Assembly: GCA_016716465.1 (NCBI GenBank)
Contig: JADJWH010000006.1
Coordinates: forward strand, 118,701-182,700
Direction of reading: 5' to 3'
Length of the DNA: 64,000 nucleotides
DNA from: Gammaproteobacteria bacterium
Lineage (GTDB): Bacteria; Pseudomonadota; Gammaproteobacteria; SZUA-140
The translations under genes were made by a program, and so were the position numbers. This document shows, piece by piece, positions 53,818 to 64,000 of the stretch (its first letter is position 1; every line of letters starts with the position of its first letter). The notes below the pieces were generated by a model. It did not search any database, was not told the origin of the DNA, and was given only the letters and a program-made list of their open reading frames with translations.

Positions 53818-55143
53818 TTACGCCAGGGTCTTCGGGTCGGCCAGCACGCCGCACAGAAAGGTCGTGAACCGCGCGCCGTCCGCACCGTCGATGACCCGGT
53901 GGTCGTAGGACAGCGCCAGCGGCAACATCAGCCGCGGCATGAATTCCTTGCCGTTCCACACCGGCTGCATCTTCGAGCGCGACACGCCGAGGATCGCCAC
54001 TTCCGGCGCATTGACGATCGGCGTGAACTTGGTGCCGCCGATGCCGCCGAGACTGGAGATCGTGATGCAGCCGCCCTGCAGGTCCGCGGGCTTCAGCTTC
54101 TTGTCGCGCGCCCTGGCGCTGATCTCGCCGAGTTCGACCGCGAGGTCGACCAGGCTCTTCCGGTCGACGTCCTGCACCACCGGCACGACCAGCCCGTCCG
54201 GCGTGTCGACCGCGATCCCGACATTGAAATATTTCTTGAACACCAGGTTCTCGCCGCCGGCATCCAGCGACGAATTGAAGCGCGGGTATTCCTGCAGCGC
54301 CTTGACGATCGCCTTCATCAGGAACACCAGCGGGGTGATCCGGATGTCCCTGGCCTTGTACTCGGCCGCCATCGCCTTGCGCTGCGCCTCCATGTCGGTG
54401 ATGTCGGCCTCGTCAAACTGCGTCACGTGCGGGATCGTGACCCAGTTGCGGTGCAGGAACTGGCCGGTCAGTTTGTTGATCTTGGTCAGCGGCCGGGTCT
54501 CGACCTCGCCCCATTTGGCGAAATCGATCGCGGGCAGCGGCGCGACCTGCAGGCCGCCGGCCGCCGGCAGGCCCTGGGTCATGACCTGTTTGACGAAGGC
54601 CTTGACGTCGTCCTGGGTGATCCGGCCCTTGCGCCCGGAACCGCCGACCCGGCCGAGATCGACACCGAGTTCGCGGGCGAACCTGCGTACGCCGGGGCTG
54701 GCGTAGGCCCGGGCGAATCCGGCCTCGTCGAACCGGCCCGGCGCCATCATCGGCGTCGTTACCGGCGCTGCCGGTGATGGCGCGGCCCGTACCGGCGCCG
54801 CCACGGGCGCGGCCGGCTTCGTCGCGACGGGCGGTGACGCGGGAGCGGGCGCGGCGGCCGGCGCCGCCTTCACTGTCCCGGTCGAAGCCGCGGCGGTGGC
54901 GCCGCCGGCGCTGGGCTCGAGCAGCAGGATCAGACTGCCTTCCGAGACCTTTTCACCGACCTTGACCTTGAGCTCCTTGACGGTGCCGGCCTCCGGTGAC
55001 GGGATCTCCATCGAGGCCTTGTCGGACTCGACCGAGATCAGCGAATCCTCGGCCTTGACCGTATCACCCGGGGCGACCAGGATCTCGATGACCTCGACAT
55101 CGGAGAAATCGCCGATATTCGGCACCAGAATCTGCTTGCTCAT
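53818..55143 (-). CDS. aceF: Dihydrolipoamide acetyltransferase (E2), single lipoyl domain
   Basis: [28 protein letters not shown]. Confidence 0.96.
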   Translation of the reverse strand: MSKQILVPNIGDFSDVEVIEILVAPGDTVKAEDSLISVESDKASMEIPSPEAGTVKELKVKVGEKVSEGSLILLLEPSAGGATAAASTGTVKAAPAAAPAPASPPVATKPAAPVAAPVRAAPSPAAPVTTPMMAPGRFDEAGFARAYASPGVRRFARELGVDLGRVGGSGRKGRITQDDVKAFVKQVMTQGLPAAGGLQVAPLPAIDFAKWGEVETRPLTKINKLTGQFLHRNWVTIPHVTQFDEADITDMEAQRKAMAAEYKARDIRITPLVFLMKAIVKALQEYPRFNSSLDAGGENLVFKKYFNVGIAVDTPDGLVVPVVQDVDRKSLVDLAVELGEISARARDKKLKPADLQGGCITISSLGGIGGTKFTPIVNAPEVAILGVSRSKMQPVWNGKEFMPRLMLPLALSYDHRVIDGADGARFTTFLCGVLADPKTLA

Positions 55144-55161
55144 GACGGGATTCCCCTGCGG

Positions 55162-57828
55162 CTATGCATACAGGGGATAGGTCTTTTCGGTGTCGATGCG
55201 ATACTTCGCGATCGCCTCGCCGACCTTCGCCAGCGGGAACCTGCCCTCGTCGGCCAGCGCCTTCAGCGCCGTGATGACGATATGGTGGCTGTTGACCTCG
55301 AAATGCTTGCGCAACTGGGCGCGGGTGTCGCTGCGGCCGAAGCCGTCGGTGCCAAGCACCTCGTAACGTCCCGGCACCCAGCGCCGGATCTGCTCGGCAT
55401 AGTTGCGGATATAGTCGGTCGCCGCGATGAACGGGCCGCCGCGTCCGGCAAAACACTCGCTGACATACGGAGTCCGCGCCGGCGCGGTCGGATGCAGCCG
55501 GTTCCAGCGCTCGACCGCCTGGGCCTCGCGGGCCAGCTCGTTGATACTGGTCGCGCTCCAGACATCGGCCTGCACGCCCCAGTCGGCGGCCAGCAGCTCG
55601 GCGGCGGCGATGACCTCGCGCAGGATCGTTCCGGAGCCGAGCAGCTGCACCTGTGCGGCCGCGCCCTGCTTTGCGGCGCTGAACTGATACAGTCCCTTGA
55701 TGATGCCCTGCTCGGCCCCGGCCGGCATCGACGGGTGGTGGTAGTTTTCGTTCATCGCCGTGACATAGTAGTAGACGTTCTGCTGCTCGACATACATCCG
55801 GCGTAATCCGTCGTGGATGATCACGGCCAGTTCGTAACTGAAGGTCGGATCGTAGCTGATGCAGTTCGGAATCGTCCCGGCCAGCACCAGACCGTGGCCG
55901 TCCTGGTGTTGCAGGCCTTCCCCGGCCAGCGTGGTACGGCCGGCGGTGCCGCCGATCAGGAAACCGCGCGCCTGCATGTCGCCGGCGGCCCATGCCAGGT
56001 CACCGATGCGCTGGAAACCGAACATCGAATAATAGATGTAGAACGGGATCGTGCTGACACCGTGTGAGCTGTAGGCGGTCGCGGCCGCGATCCACGACGA
56101 CATCGCGCCGGCCTCGTTGATCCCTTCCTCGATGATCTGGCCGCTCTTGTCCTCCTTGTAGAACATGATCTCGTCCTTGTCCTGCGGCGTGTACAGCTGC
56201 CCGACGGACGAATAGATCCCGAGCTGGCGGAACATGCCCTCCATGCCGAAGGTGCGCGCCTCGTCGGGTACGATCGGCACGATGTACTGGCCGATCTTCT
56301 TGTCGCGGCACAGCAGCGTCAGCAGGCGGACATAGGCCATCGTCGTCGACATCTCGCGGTCACCGCTGCCCTCGAGCAACGGCGCGAACACCGACAGGTC
56401 CGGGATCTCGAGCGGTGGCGCCTGGGTGCGGCGCGCCGGCAGGTAGCCGCCCAGCGCCTGACGGCGCTGATGCAGATACTGCATCTCCGGGCTGTCCGCC
56501 GGCGGCATGTAGTACTTGCCTTCGGCCGCATCCTCGTCGGACAGCGGGATGTTGAAGCGATCGCGGAACGCGATCATGTCCTCGGCCTGCAGTTTCTTCT
56601 GCGAATGGGTGCGCATCTGGCCTTCGCCGGCCGCCCCCATGCCATAACCCTTGACCGTGTGCGCCAGGATCACGGTCGGCTGGCCGACGTGATTGACCGC
56701 GGCATGATAGGCCGCGTACACCTTGTGCGGATCGTGGCCGCCGCGGTTCAGCGACCAGATGTCGGCGTCGGTCATCTTCGCGACCATGGCCTTGAGTTCC
56801 GGATACTTGCCAAAGAAGTGCTCGCGCACATAGGCGCCGTCCTTGGCCTTGTAGTTCTGGAAATCGCCGTCGACGGCCTCCATCATGCGCTGCTTCAGCA
56901 GACCGTCCTTGTCGCGGGCCAGCAGCGCATCCCAGTAGCTGCCCCACAGCACCTTGATCACGTTCCAGCCGGCGCCGCGGAAGATCGCCTCGAGTTCCTG
57001 GACGATCTTGCCGTTGCCGCGCACCGGGCCGTCGAGCCGCTGCAGATTGCAGTTGACGACCCAGATCAGATTGTCGAGCTTTTCGCGCGACGCCAGCGAG
57101 ATCGCGCCGAGGCTCTCCGGTTCATCGCATTCGCCGTCGCCGAGGAACGACCACACCTTGCGGCCGTCGGTGTCGGCCAGCTTGCGGTCGCCCAGGTATT
57201 TCATGAAGCGGGCCTGGAAGATCGACATGATCGGCCCCAGTCCCATCGACACGGTCGGAAACTGCCAGAAGTCCGGCATCAGCCACGGATGCGGATACGA
57301 TGACAGCCCGTTGCCGTCGACCTCCTGGCGGAAATGATCCAGTTGCTCTTCGGTCAGCCGGCCTTCGAGAAACGCCCGGGCATAGGTGCCCGGCGAGGCA
57401 TGTCCCTGCGAGAAGATCAGGTCGCCGCCGAAACCTTCGCTCGGCGCGCGCCAGAAATGGTTGTAACCGACGTCGTACAAGGTCGCCGCCGAGGCAAAGG
57501 TCGCAATGTGGCCGCCGAGTTCCGAGGCCTTGCGGTTGGCCTTGACGACCATCGCCATCGCATTCCAGCGAATATAGGCGCGGACCCGGTCCTCGAGCGC
57601 CGGATCGCCCGGCATCGGGACCTCAAGCTGGGTCGGGATCGTATTGACGTATGCGGTGTTGGCCGAAAACGGCAGGTGCGCACCGGTCCGGCGCGCGATG
57701 TCGATCATCTGCTCCAGCAGGTAATGGGCACGCTCGACGCCTTCGTTGGCGATCACGGCCTCCAGCGCATCGATCCATTCCTGGGTTTCGATCGCATCGA
57801 CATCTAGGTATTCCGCTTGCTGAGACAT
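55162..57828 (-). CDS. aceE: Pyruvate dehydrogenase E1 (homodimeric)
   Basis: ETQEW, GGHIA, FPTVSMGLG, GDGECDEPES, GEGLQHQDG; start moved to ATG 57828. Confidence 0.97.
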   Translation of the reverse strand: MSQQAEYLDVDAIETQEWIDALEAVIANEGVERAHYLLEQMIDIARRTGAHLPFSANTAYVNTIPTQLEVPMPGDPALEDRVRAYIRWNAMAMVVKANRKASELGGHIATFASAATLYDVGYNHFWRAPSEGFGGDLIFSQGHASPGTYARAFLEGRLTEEQLDHFRQEVDGNGLSSYPHPWLMPDFWQFPTVSMGLGPIMSIFQARFMKYLGDRKLADTDGRKVWSFLGDGECDEPESLGAISLASREKLDNLIWVVNCNLQRLDGPVRGNGKIVQELEAIFRGAGWNVIKVLWGSYWDALLARDKDGLLKQRMMEAVDGDFQNYKAKDGAYVREHFFGKYPELKAMVAKMTDADIWSLNRGGHDPHKVYAAYHAAVNHVGQPTVILAHTVKGYGMGAAGEGQMRTHSQKKLQAEDMIAFRDRFNIPLSDEDAAEGKYYMPPADSPEMQYLHQRRQALGGYLPARRTQAPPLEIPDLSVFAPLLEGSGDREMSTTMAYVRLLTLLCRDKKIGQYIVPIVPDEARTFGMEGMFRQLGIYSSVGQLYTPQDKDEIMFYKEDKSGQIIEEGINEAGAMSSWIAAATAYSSHGVSTIPFYIYYSMFGFQRIGDLAWAAGDMQARGFLIGGTAGRTTLAGEGLQHQDGHGLVLAGTIPNCISYDPTFSYELAVIIHDGLRRMYVEQQNVYYYVTAMNENYHHPSMPAGAEQGIIKGLYQFSAAKQGAAAQVQLLGSGTILREVIAAAELLAADWGVQADVWSATSINELAREAQAVERWNRLHPTAPARTPYVSECFAGRGGPFIAATDYIRNYAEQIRRWVPGRYEVLGTDGFGRSDTRAQLRKHFEVNSHHIVITALKALADEGRFPLAKVGEAIAKYRIDTEKTYPLYA

Positions 57829-58132
57829 GGTTCCAACCTCGCTAAACTCGATCAGCCCGGCACTGTTGAGGTCAATCGTCAGCGGTGGAACTTGAACAGA
57901 GTGTTCCGTTTGCACAGGCCGATGCAGGCTGACCCTCGAACCGCCGTGGGGACCCGCAGGACCGGTCCCATCACGGCCGCTTATAGGCAATCGCAGTTGT
58001 TTTTGCTACGCTTTTTCTCGCCACCGGATCCGATTCGGCGACCGTGCCAAACCATCAAAATTCGGGCAGACATGATCAGGTTTTTCCCCGGTCAGGTCAA
58101 GTTGACGCCCGAACTGCCCGGACCTGACAAAA

Positions 58133-59626
58133 ATGAAAGTCACTCTGAAACAACATGATAAAGTCCCGGGCGCCGCGCCGCTGGCCGCGCTGGAACACCT
58201 CGTCGTGCTGCTGCCCGCCTCCCGGCGCCACCGGCCGCCACCGGGGTTCACCGACGCCGGTCTGCTGCTGCAGCGACTGCACCGGGCGCTGGGCGACGAC
58301 GCCACCGGCCCGTTTGCGACCGATCTGCCGAACCGCCGCGCCACGCACGTGGTGCTGGCGCTGGCCGACGACGCGGCCAGTCCGTTCACACTGCTGACGC
58401 TGGCCCGCAAGTTGCTGGCCCCGGTGCTGCAACGCAATCCGCGCCGGATCGGGCTGCTGGTCGCCGGCTTCGCTCCGGAACCGGCACGGCGCGCCGCCGA
58501 GGCGCTGGTCGCCGCGGCGCTGGCCGGCCATTTCACACTGCCAACGCTCAAGAGCACGCCGGCCAGGGCGCGCCGCCTGAACACGATCGACATCTACGGT
58601 GTCGCGGCCGCCCTCGATACCGAACGGCTGACGGCCGAGGCCGAGGGCAATCACCTGGCCCGTTCGCTGACCACACTGCCGCCCAATCTGCTGACGCCCG
58701 GTGAATACCGGCGACGGATCGCGTTGCTGGCGCGCCAGCAAGGCTGGCGGATGTCGACACTGAACAGCCGGGCCTTGCAGCGGCTGAAGGCCGGCGCATT
58801 CCTCGCCGTCGCCCAGGGCAGCGCGCATGACGATGCCTCCATCGTGCACCTGCGCTACACCCCGCCGCGCGCCCGCCGCGCGCCGAGGCTGGCCCTGGTC
58901 GGCAAGGGGATCTGCTTCGACACCGGCGGGATGAACCTGAAATCGGCCAAGCACATGCACGGCATGCACGAGGACATGGAAGGGAGCGCGGTGGCGCTCG
59001 GCACCCTGCTCGCCTTGAGCCGTCTCAAGGTCCCGTTTGCCGTGGACTGCTGGCTGGCGCTGGCGCAGAACCACATCGGCCCGCACGCCTACAAGCAGAA
59101 CGACGTCGTCACCGCCTGCGACGGCACTACCATCGAGGTCGTGCACACGGATGCCGAGGGACGCATGGTACTCGCCGACACGCTGGCGCTTGCAAGCCGC
59201 GCAAAACCGCATCTGATCATCGATTATGCGACGCTCACCGGCGCCTGCGTGTACGCGCTCGGCACGCGCTACAGCGGGGCCTTCACCAACCGCGAGGCGC
59301 TCATCGCCGAGGTGATCGCGGCCGGTCGCGAAAGCGGTGAGCGCGTGTGGCCGTTCCCGCTCGACGAGGACTATGAAGAGGCGCTGCAGAGCACGATCGC
59401 CGACATCAAGCAGTGCACGCTGGAGGGTGAGGCCGATCACATCCTCGGCGCGCGCTTCCTCAAGCGCTTCGTCGCCGATCGCCCGTGGCTGCACATCGAC
59501 CTGTCGGCCGGCAACAACAAGGGCGGCCTCGCGCATATCCCCTCCGACGTCACCGGCTTCGGCGTGCGCTTCACGCTCAACCTGCTGCTCGACCGTAAGA
59601 TCATGGATGGATTGCGATCTGACTGA
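58133..59626 (+). CDS. Leucyl aminopeptidase (M17) family protein
   Basis: VGKGICFDTGG, LK, DM, TDAEGRMVLAD. Confidence 0.9.
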   Translation: MKVTLKQHDKVPGAAPLAALEHLVVLLPASRRHRPPPGFTDAGLLLQRLHRALGDDATGPFATDLPNRRATHVVLALADDAASPFTLLTLARKLLAPVLQRNPRRIGLLVAGFAPEPARRAAEALVAAALAGHFTLPTLKSTPARARRLNTIDIYGVAAALDTERLTAEAEGNHLARSLTTLPPNLLTPGEYRRRIALLARQQGWRMSTLNSRALQRLKAGAFLAVAQGSAHDDASIVHLRYTPPRARRAPRLALVGKGICFDTGGMNLKSAKHMHGMHEDMEGSAVALGTLLALSRLKVPFAVDCWLALAQNHIGPHAYKQNDVVTACDGTTIEVVHTDAEGRMVLADTLALASRAKPHLIIDYATLTGACVYALGTRYSGAFTNREALIAEVIAAGRESGERVWPFPLDEDYEEALQSTIADIKQCTLEGEADHILGARFLKRFVADRPWLHIDLSAGNNKGGLAHIPSDVTGFGVRFTLNLLLDRKIMDGLRSD

Positions 59627-59662
59627 GGTTGCTCGCGGGTCTGCATCGGGCCTCGTGTTTTC

Positions 59663-59746
59663 GCAGCCTGGATGCCGGCGCGAGGCACCGAAATCCGGGG
59701 GAGCGCAGATCCATTCCCGGATTCCGCTGCGCTTCATCCGGGCTAC
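59663..59746. repeat. Inverted GTAG-REP pair
   Basis: Degenerate gcagcctggat...aaatccggg and ccggattccgctgcgcttcatccgggctac. Confidence 0.75.
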
Positions 59747-59842
59747 GATTACTGTCTCTCTGGCCTTTTATCTTCGCAAACACTCCGCGTATACTGCTGG
59801 GACTCGAAACCCCTCCAAAATCCAGCCGAAAAAGGGCCCATC

Positions 59843-60844
59843 ATGAGCGAGCCATCTCCACTCACCGAGGCACAACAGAAATTCAGCGACGCCATCCCCT
59901 TCCGCCGCCTGGGCAGCGAGAGCTGCGCGCTCGAACAGTCGCTCGGCCGCGTGACAGCGCGGGATATCACCGCGCCCGAGGATATGCCGGCGTACAACCG
60001 CGCCATCGTCGAGGGGTTCCTGATCCACACCGAGGACGGCGCCGGCGCCTCCGAGGAGAAACCGGCCTCGTTCAGGATCGTCGGCGCGGTGAAGCCCGGC
60101 GACCGGCAGTGCCCGACCTTCAAGCGCGGCCAGGCGGTGCGCATCGCAACCGGCAGCCTGGTGCCGGATGGTCCCTATTCGAGCGTGCGCGCGTGGGAGG
60201 CGAAGGAGGACGGCGAGTCCTTCACCATCAGCCGCCCCTTTCCGCCGCGCTTCTTCATCGAGGAAAAGGGCTGCGACCTGAAGCAGGGCGCCACGGCGCT
60301 GCCGGCCGGGACCCAAATCGATGCCGCCGCGATCGGCACCATCGCCGCGCTGGGCATCCCGCGCATCGACGTGTCGGCGCGGGCGAAGGTCACGGTCTTC
60401 GCCTCGGGCGACGAGGTCATCCCCTACACCGAGGCGCTGACGCCGGGCGCGATCCGCGACAGCAACACCCTGATGCTGGCGGCGGCCGTGACCGCCGCCG
60501 GCGCCAGCCCGCTCACCGGCGGCATCATGAACGACGACTTCGATGCCTTCGTCGCCGCCGTGCGCAAGGCGCTCGAGGGCTCGGACATGATCCTGATCTC
60601 GGGCGGCACCGCCGTCGGCGGCCGCGACTTCATCTCCGACCTGGTGAAGGCCGTCGGCGAACTGCTCGTCGACGGCGTGCCGATGCGCTCCGGGCGCCCG
60701 CTGATCATGGGCCACGCCAAAGGCAAGCCCATCGTCTGCGTCGCCGGCCACCCGCCCGAGGCCCTGCGCGGCTTCCGCCTGTTCGGCGTCGCGGCGCTGA
60801 ACCGCCTGGCGGGCTGTAACGCCGAACTGCCTAAGGACGAGTAA
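59843..60844 (+). CDS. MoeA-like molybdopterin-binding protein lacking domain IV (333 aa)
   Basis: [30 protein letters not shown]; ends shortly after the G.P helix. Confidence 0.75.
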   Translation: MSEPSPLTEAQQKFSDAIPFRRLGSESCALEQSLGRVTARDITAPEDMPAYNRAIVEGFLIHTEDGAGASEEKPASFRIVGAVKPGDRQCPTFKRGQAVRIATGSLVPDGPYSSVRAWEAKEDGESFTISRPFPPRFFIEEKGCDLKQGATALPAGTQIDAAAIGTIAALGIPRIDVSARAKVTVFASGDEVIPYTEALTPGAIRDSNTLMLAAAVTAAGASPLTGGIMNDDFDAFVAAVRKALEGSDMILISGGTAVGGRDFISDLVKAVGELLVDGVPMRSGRPLIMGHAKGKPIVCVAGHPPEALRGFRLFGVAALNRLAGCNAELPKDE

Positions 60845-60850
60845 TCCGCC

Positions 60851-60879
60851 ATGGGGACGGATTTCAAATCCGTCCCCAT
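60851..60879. repeat. GGGGAC(G/A)G palindrome upstream of pyrC
   Basis: atggggacggattt-c-aaatccgtccccat, a perfect inverted repeat. Confidence 0.9.
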
Positions 60880-60891
60880 CGCCGCCGGCCC

Positions 60892-61920
60892 ATGAACGAA
60901 CTCACCCTCACCCGCCCCGACGACTGGCATATCCACCTGCGCGACGGCGCGGCGCTGAAGACGACGGTGGCGCACGCGGCGGCGCAGTTCGCACGCGCGA
61001 TCGTCATGCCGAACCTGGCGCCGCCGGTGGTCACGGCGGAGCAGGCGCTGGCCTACCGCGCGCGCATCCTGCGGCACGTGCCGGCCGGCGTGACATTCGC
61101 TCCGCTGATGACGCTGTACCTCACCGACAGCACCCCGGCGGAGGAGATCCGGCGCGCGAAGGCGGCGGGGGTCGCGGCGCTGAAACTGTATCCGGCCGGC
61201 GCGACGACCAACTCGGACTCCGGCGTGACGGCGATCGAGAAGGTCTATCCGGTGCTCGAGGCCATGCAGGCCCACGACCTGCCGCTGCTGGTGCACGGCG
61301 AAGTCACCGATTCCGCGATCGACATCTTCGACCGCGAGACCGCCTTCATCGAGCGCGTGCTGGCGCCGTTGACGCAACGCTTTCCCGCGCTGCGCATCGT
61401 GTTCGAGCACATCACGACCCGCGGCGCGGTGGATTTCGTCACCCGCGCGCCCGCGACGATCGCCGCGACCATCACGGCGCATCACCTGCTGTACAACCGC
61501 AACGCCCTGCTCGCCGGCGGCGTGCGCCCGCATTACTACTGCCTGCCGGTGCTGAAGCGCGAAGCGGACCGCCAGGCCCTGCTGCGCGCGGCCACCTCGG
61601 GCAGCCCGAAGTTCTTCCTCGGCACCGACAGCGCCCCGCACGAGCGCGCGCGCAAGGAAACCGCCTGCGGCTGCGCCGGCTCGTACACCGCGTACGCAGC
61701 GATCGAGCTGTACGCCGAGGCCTTCGAGCAGACGGGCGCGCTCGACCGGCTGGAAGGCTTCGCGAGCCATCACGGCTCCGATTTCTACCGCCTGCCGCGC
61801 AACAGCGACCGCATCACGCTGGTGCGGCAGGCCTGGGATGCACCGGAGCAGTACCCGCTCGGCGACGGCGCGCTGGTGCCGCTGCGGGCGGGCATGCGCA
61901 TCGAGTGGCGAATCAAATAG
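60892..61920 (+). CDS. pyrC: Dihydroorotase
   Basis: [42 protein letters not shown]. Confidence 0.97.
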   Translation: MNELTLTRPDDWHIHLRDGAALKTTVAHAAAQFARAIVMPNLAPPVVTAEQALAYRARILRHVPAGVTFAPLMTLYLTDSTPAEEIRRAKAAGVAALKLYPAGATTNSDSGVTAIEKVYPVLEAMQAHDLPLLVHGEVTDSAIDIFDRETAFIERVLAPLTQRFPALRIVFEHITTRGAVDFVTRAPATIAATITAHHLLYNRNALLAGGVRPHYYCLPVLKREADRQALLRAATSGSPKFFLGTDSAPHERARKETACGCAGSYTAYAAIELYAEAFEQTGALDRLEGFASHHGSDFYRLPRNSDRITLVRQAWDAPEQYPLGDGALVPLRAGMRIEWRIK

Positions 61921-61924
61921 CCAG

Positions 61925-61949
61925 GGGGACGGATTTCAAATCCGCCCCC
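61925..61949. repeat. GGGGAC palindrome between convergent pyrC and cysA
   Basis: ggggacggatttcaaatccgccccc. Confidence 0.88.
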
Positions 61950-61957
61950 GATCTCGA

Positions 61958-63022
61958 TTAACTGCCCACGAACACCCGCAGGTTGCGCGGCTTGATGAAC
62001 ACCCGCTCACCCAACACGAGCGGCGCCCGCTGATACCGTTCGCGCGTGAACTCGACCTCGACCAGGCCGTCCTCCTCGCCTTCACGCTCCAGCTCGATGC
62101 GCACCATCGGTCCGATGGTGAAGATGCTGCTCACCCGCCCCGATCCGATCGAACCCTCGGCGAGCGCGGACAGATCGATCTCATGCGGGCGCAGGTGCAC
62201 CACCGCGGTGGAACCGGGGGCGAAGGCCGCGCCTTCCGGCGTCGGCGCCTTCAGGTCGCCGATGTGCGCCCAGCCGTTGTGGACACGGCCGTGGAACAGG
62301 TTCACGCTGCCGAGGAAGCGTGAAACGAAGGCGGTCTCCGGCTGCTCGTAGACCTCGTCCGGCGTGCCGACCTGCTCGATGCGCCCCTTGTTCATCACCA
62401 CCACCCGGCTCGACACCTCCATCGCCTCCTCCTGGTCATGGGTCACGAACACGCTGGTGACATGGATCTCATCGTGCAATCTCCGCAGCCAGCGGCGCAG
62501 TTCCTTGCGCACGTTGGCGTCGAGCGCGCCGAACGGCTCGTCCAGCAGCAGCACCTTGGGCTCGACCGCCAGCGCGCGCGCGAGCGCGATGCGCTGGCGC
62601 TGGCCGCCGGACAGCTGGTTCGGGTAGCGGTCCGCCACGAACTCCAGTTGCACCAGGCGCAGCAGCTCCCGGACCTTCTCCCGGATCGCCTCCTTTCCCG
62701 GGCGCTCGGCCTTCGGGCGTACCGTCAGTCCAAAGGCGACGTTATCGAACACCGTCATATGGTGAAACAGGGCGTAGTGCTGGAACACGAAGCCCACCCC
62801 GCGTTCGCGCACATGGCGGCGCGTGGCGTCCTGGCCGTCGAAGCGGATGCTGCCGCTGTCCGGCTGCTCCAGCCCGGAAATGATGCGCAGCAGGCTGGTC
62901 TTGCCGCAGCCGCTCGGGCCGAGCAGGGCCACCAGTTCGCCGGTCGGGATGGTCAGATTGACGTCCTGCAGCGCGTGAAAGCCGCCGAAGTGCTTGTTGA
63001 CGTTCTCGATGATGATGCTCAT
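61958..63022 (-). CDS. cysA: Sulfate/thiosulfate ABC transporter ATP-binding subunit
   Basis: [34 protein letters not shown]. Confidence 0.95.
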   Translation of the reverse strand: MSIIIENVNKHFGGFHALQDVNLTIPTGELVALLGPSGCGKTSLLRIISGLEQPDSGSIRFDGQDATRRHVRERGVGFVFQHYALFHHMTVFDNVAFGLTVRPKAERPGKEAIREKVRELLRLVQLEFVADRYPNQLSGGQRQRIALARALAVEPKVLLLDEPFGALDANVRKELRRWLRRLHDEIHVTSVFVTHDQEEAMEVSSRVVVMNKGRIEQVGTPDEVYEQPETAFVSRFLGSVNLFHGRVHNGWAHIGDLKAPTPEGAAFAPGSTAVVHLRPHEIDLSALAEGSIGSGRVSSIFTIGPMVRIELEREGEEDGLVEVEFTRERYQRAPLVLGERVFIKPRNLRVFVGS

Positions 63023-63040
63023 GGACAGGTCTCCCGGGTG

Positions 63041-63916
63041 TCAGGTGGACGGCTGTAACGCCGGCATGGAAATCGGCGTCGCGGCGCGCTGTGCCTGGCC
63101 GCGCCATTCGACGAAGCTCTTGGCCGCGAGCGTGACCAGCGCGAGCAGCGCCAGCAGCGAGGCGCAGGCGAAGGCGGCGACGAAGTTGTACTCGTTGTAG
63201 AGGATCTCGACGTGCAGCGGCAGTGTGTTGGTCTCGCCGCGGATGTGGCCGCTCACCACGGACACGGCGCCGAATTCACCCATCGCACGCGCGTTGCACA
63301 GGATCACGCCGTACAGCAGGCCCCATTTGATGTTGGGCAGCGTCACACGCCAGAAGGTCTGCCAGCCGCTGGCGCCCAGCGTCAGCGCGGCCTCTTCTTC
63401 CGCCGTGCCCTGCTCCTCCATCACCGGGATCAGTTCACGGGCGACGAACGGGAAGGTGACGAAGATCGTCGCCAGCACGATGCCGGGCACAGCGAAGATG
63501 ATCTTGATGTCATGGTCGAACAGCCACTGGCCGAACCAGCCCTGCGCGCCGAAGACCAGCACGTAGATCAGCCCCGCGATCACCGGCGATACCGAGAACG
63601 GCAGATCGATCAGCGTGATCAGCAGGCTCTTGCCGCGGAATTCGAACTTCGCGATCGCCCACGCGGCGGTGACGCCGAAAACGAGATTCAGCGGAACAGC
63701 GATGAGCGCGGCGATGAGCGTCAGCTTGATCGCGGCGAGCGCCACCGGTTCCCGCAGCGCGGCCAGGTAGGCGTCCAGCCCCTGGCGCAGCGCCTCGGTC
63801 AGTACGGCGGCGAGCGGCAGCAGCAGGAACAACCCGAGAAACGCCAGGCCGGCGCCGATCAGCAGGCGGCGGAACCATGCGGGTTCGTTCAATGTCGGGG
63901 GCACGGTCGGATTCAT
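63041..63916 (-). CDS. cysW: Sulfate ABC transporter permease CysW
   Basis: [37 protein letters not shown]. Confidence 0.95.
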   Translation of the reverse strand: MNPTVPPTLNEPAWFRRLLIGAGLAFLGLFLLLPLAAVLTEALRQGLDAYLAALREPVALAAIKLTLIAALIAVPLNLVFGVTAAWAIAKFEFRGKSLLITLIDLPFSVSPVIAGLIYVLVFGAQGWFGQWLFDHDIKIIFAVPGIVLATIFVTFPFVARELIPVMEEQGTAEEEAALTLGASGWQTFWRVTLPNIKWGLLYGVILCNARAMGEFGAVSVVSGHIRGETNTLPLHVEILYNEYNFVAAFACASLLALLALVTLAAKSFVEWRGQAQRAATPISMPALQPST

Positions 63917-63923
63917 GGGAACC

Positions 63924-64000
63924 TCACTGGTGACGGCGTCTGCCCCACCACTGGAGCAGGTTGATGAGCAGCAGCAGCAGGAACGAGATGACCAGCATCG
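63924..64000 (-). CDS. cysT: Sulfate ABC transporter permease CysT, C-terminal fragment
   Basis: [24 protein letters not shown], immediately upstream of cysW. Confidence 0.8.
   Translation of the reverse strand, partial: MLVISFLLLLLINLLQWWGRRRHQ

Noticed and set aside
52037-57828. PDH operon as a horizontally acquired island
   Set aside because: The slightly lower GC seen by eye could reflect expression-linked codon usage. No mobility genes or clear boundaries are visible, and this needs a computed GC3 and phylogeny.
58133-59626. Inactive M17 peptidase (HTDAEGR in place of NTDAEGR)
   Set aside because: The metal ligands and the catalytic Lys and Arg all appear to be retained.

Overview
A 64 kb, GC-rich stretch of proteobacterial (probably gammaproteobacterial) core chromosome. 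It carries ettA (end), rimI, a family-4 UDG, leuA, pssA, ilvB-ilvN-ilvC, ybbP/ybbA/tesA, hda, purMN, dcd, apbC, metG, rsxABCDGE-nth, metA, pat, gloA, a MacAB-TolC-type efflux set, argG, aceE-aceF-lpdA, an M17 peptidase, a MoeA-like gene, pyrC and cysAWT. Three visibly AT-richer accessory patches interrupt it. (1) About 1.8-3.6 kb: a decayed brnT/brnA module plus an intact fused CapRel-like RelA/SpoT gene, a likely anti-phage system. (2) About 33.3-36.1 kb: a P-type ATPase with unusual ion-binding residues. (3) About 40.2-42.1 kb: intact brnT-brnA plus a relic integron cassette (one clear attC, no integrase). Intergenic DNA holds three repeat families: GTAG-type REPs, GGGGACAG palindromes and end motifs, and TRAGG-core heptamer runs. 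The best leads are the UDG with a HolD(psi)-like N-terminal peptide in the holD position upstream of rimI, the CapRel-like gene with an FKNY variant of the YXXY motif, an unannotated and probably leaderless Leu-rich leader peptide before leuA, repeat motifs at island junctions, and an uncharacterised P-loop kinase paired with metA. I recognised no rRNA, tRNA, CRISPR array, integrase or transposase. All family calls come from motif recognition from memory, with no database search. GC statements are by eye.
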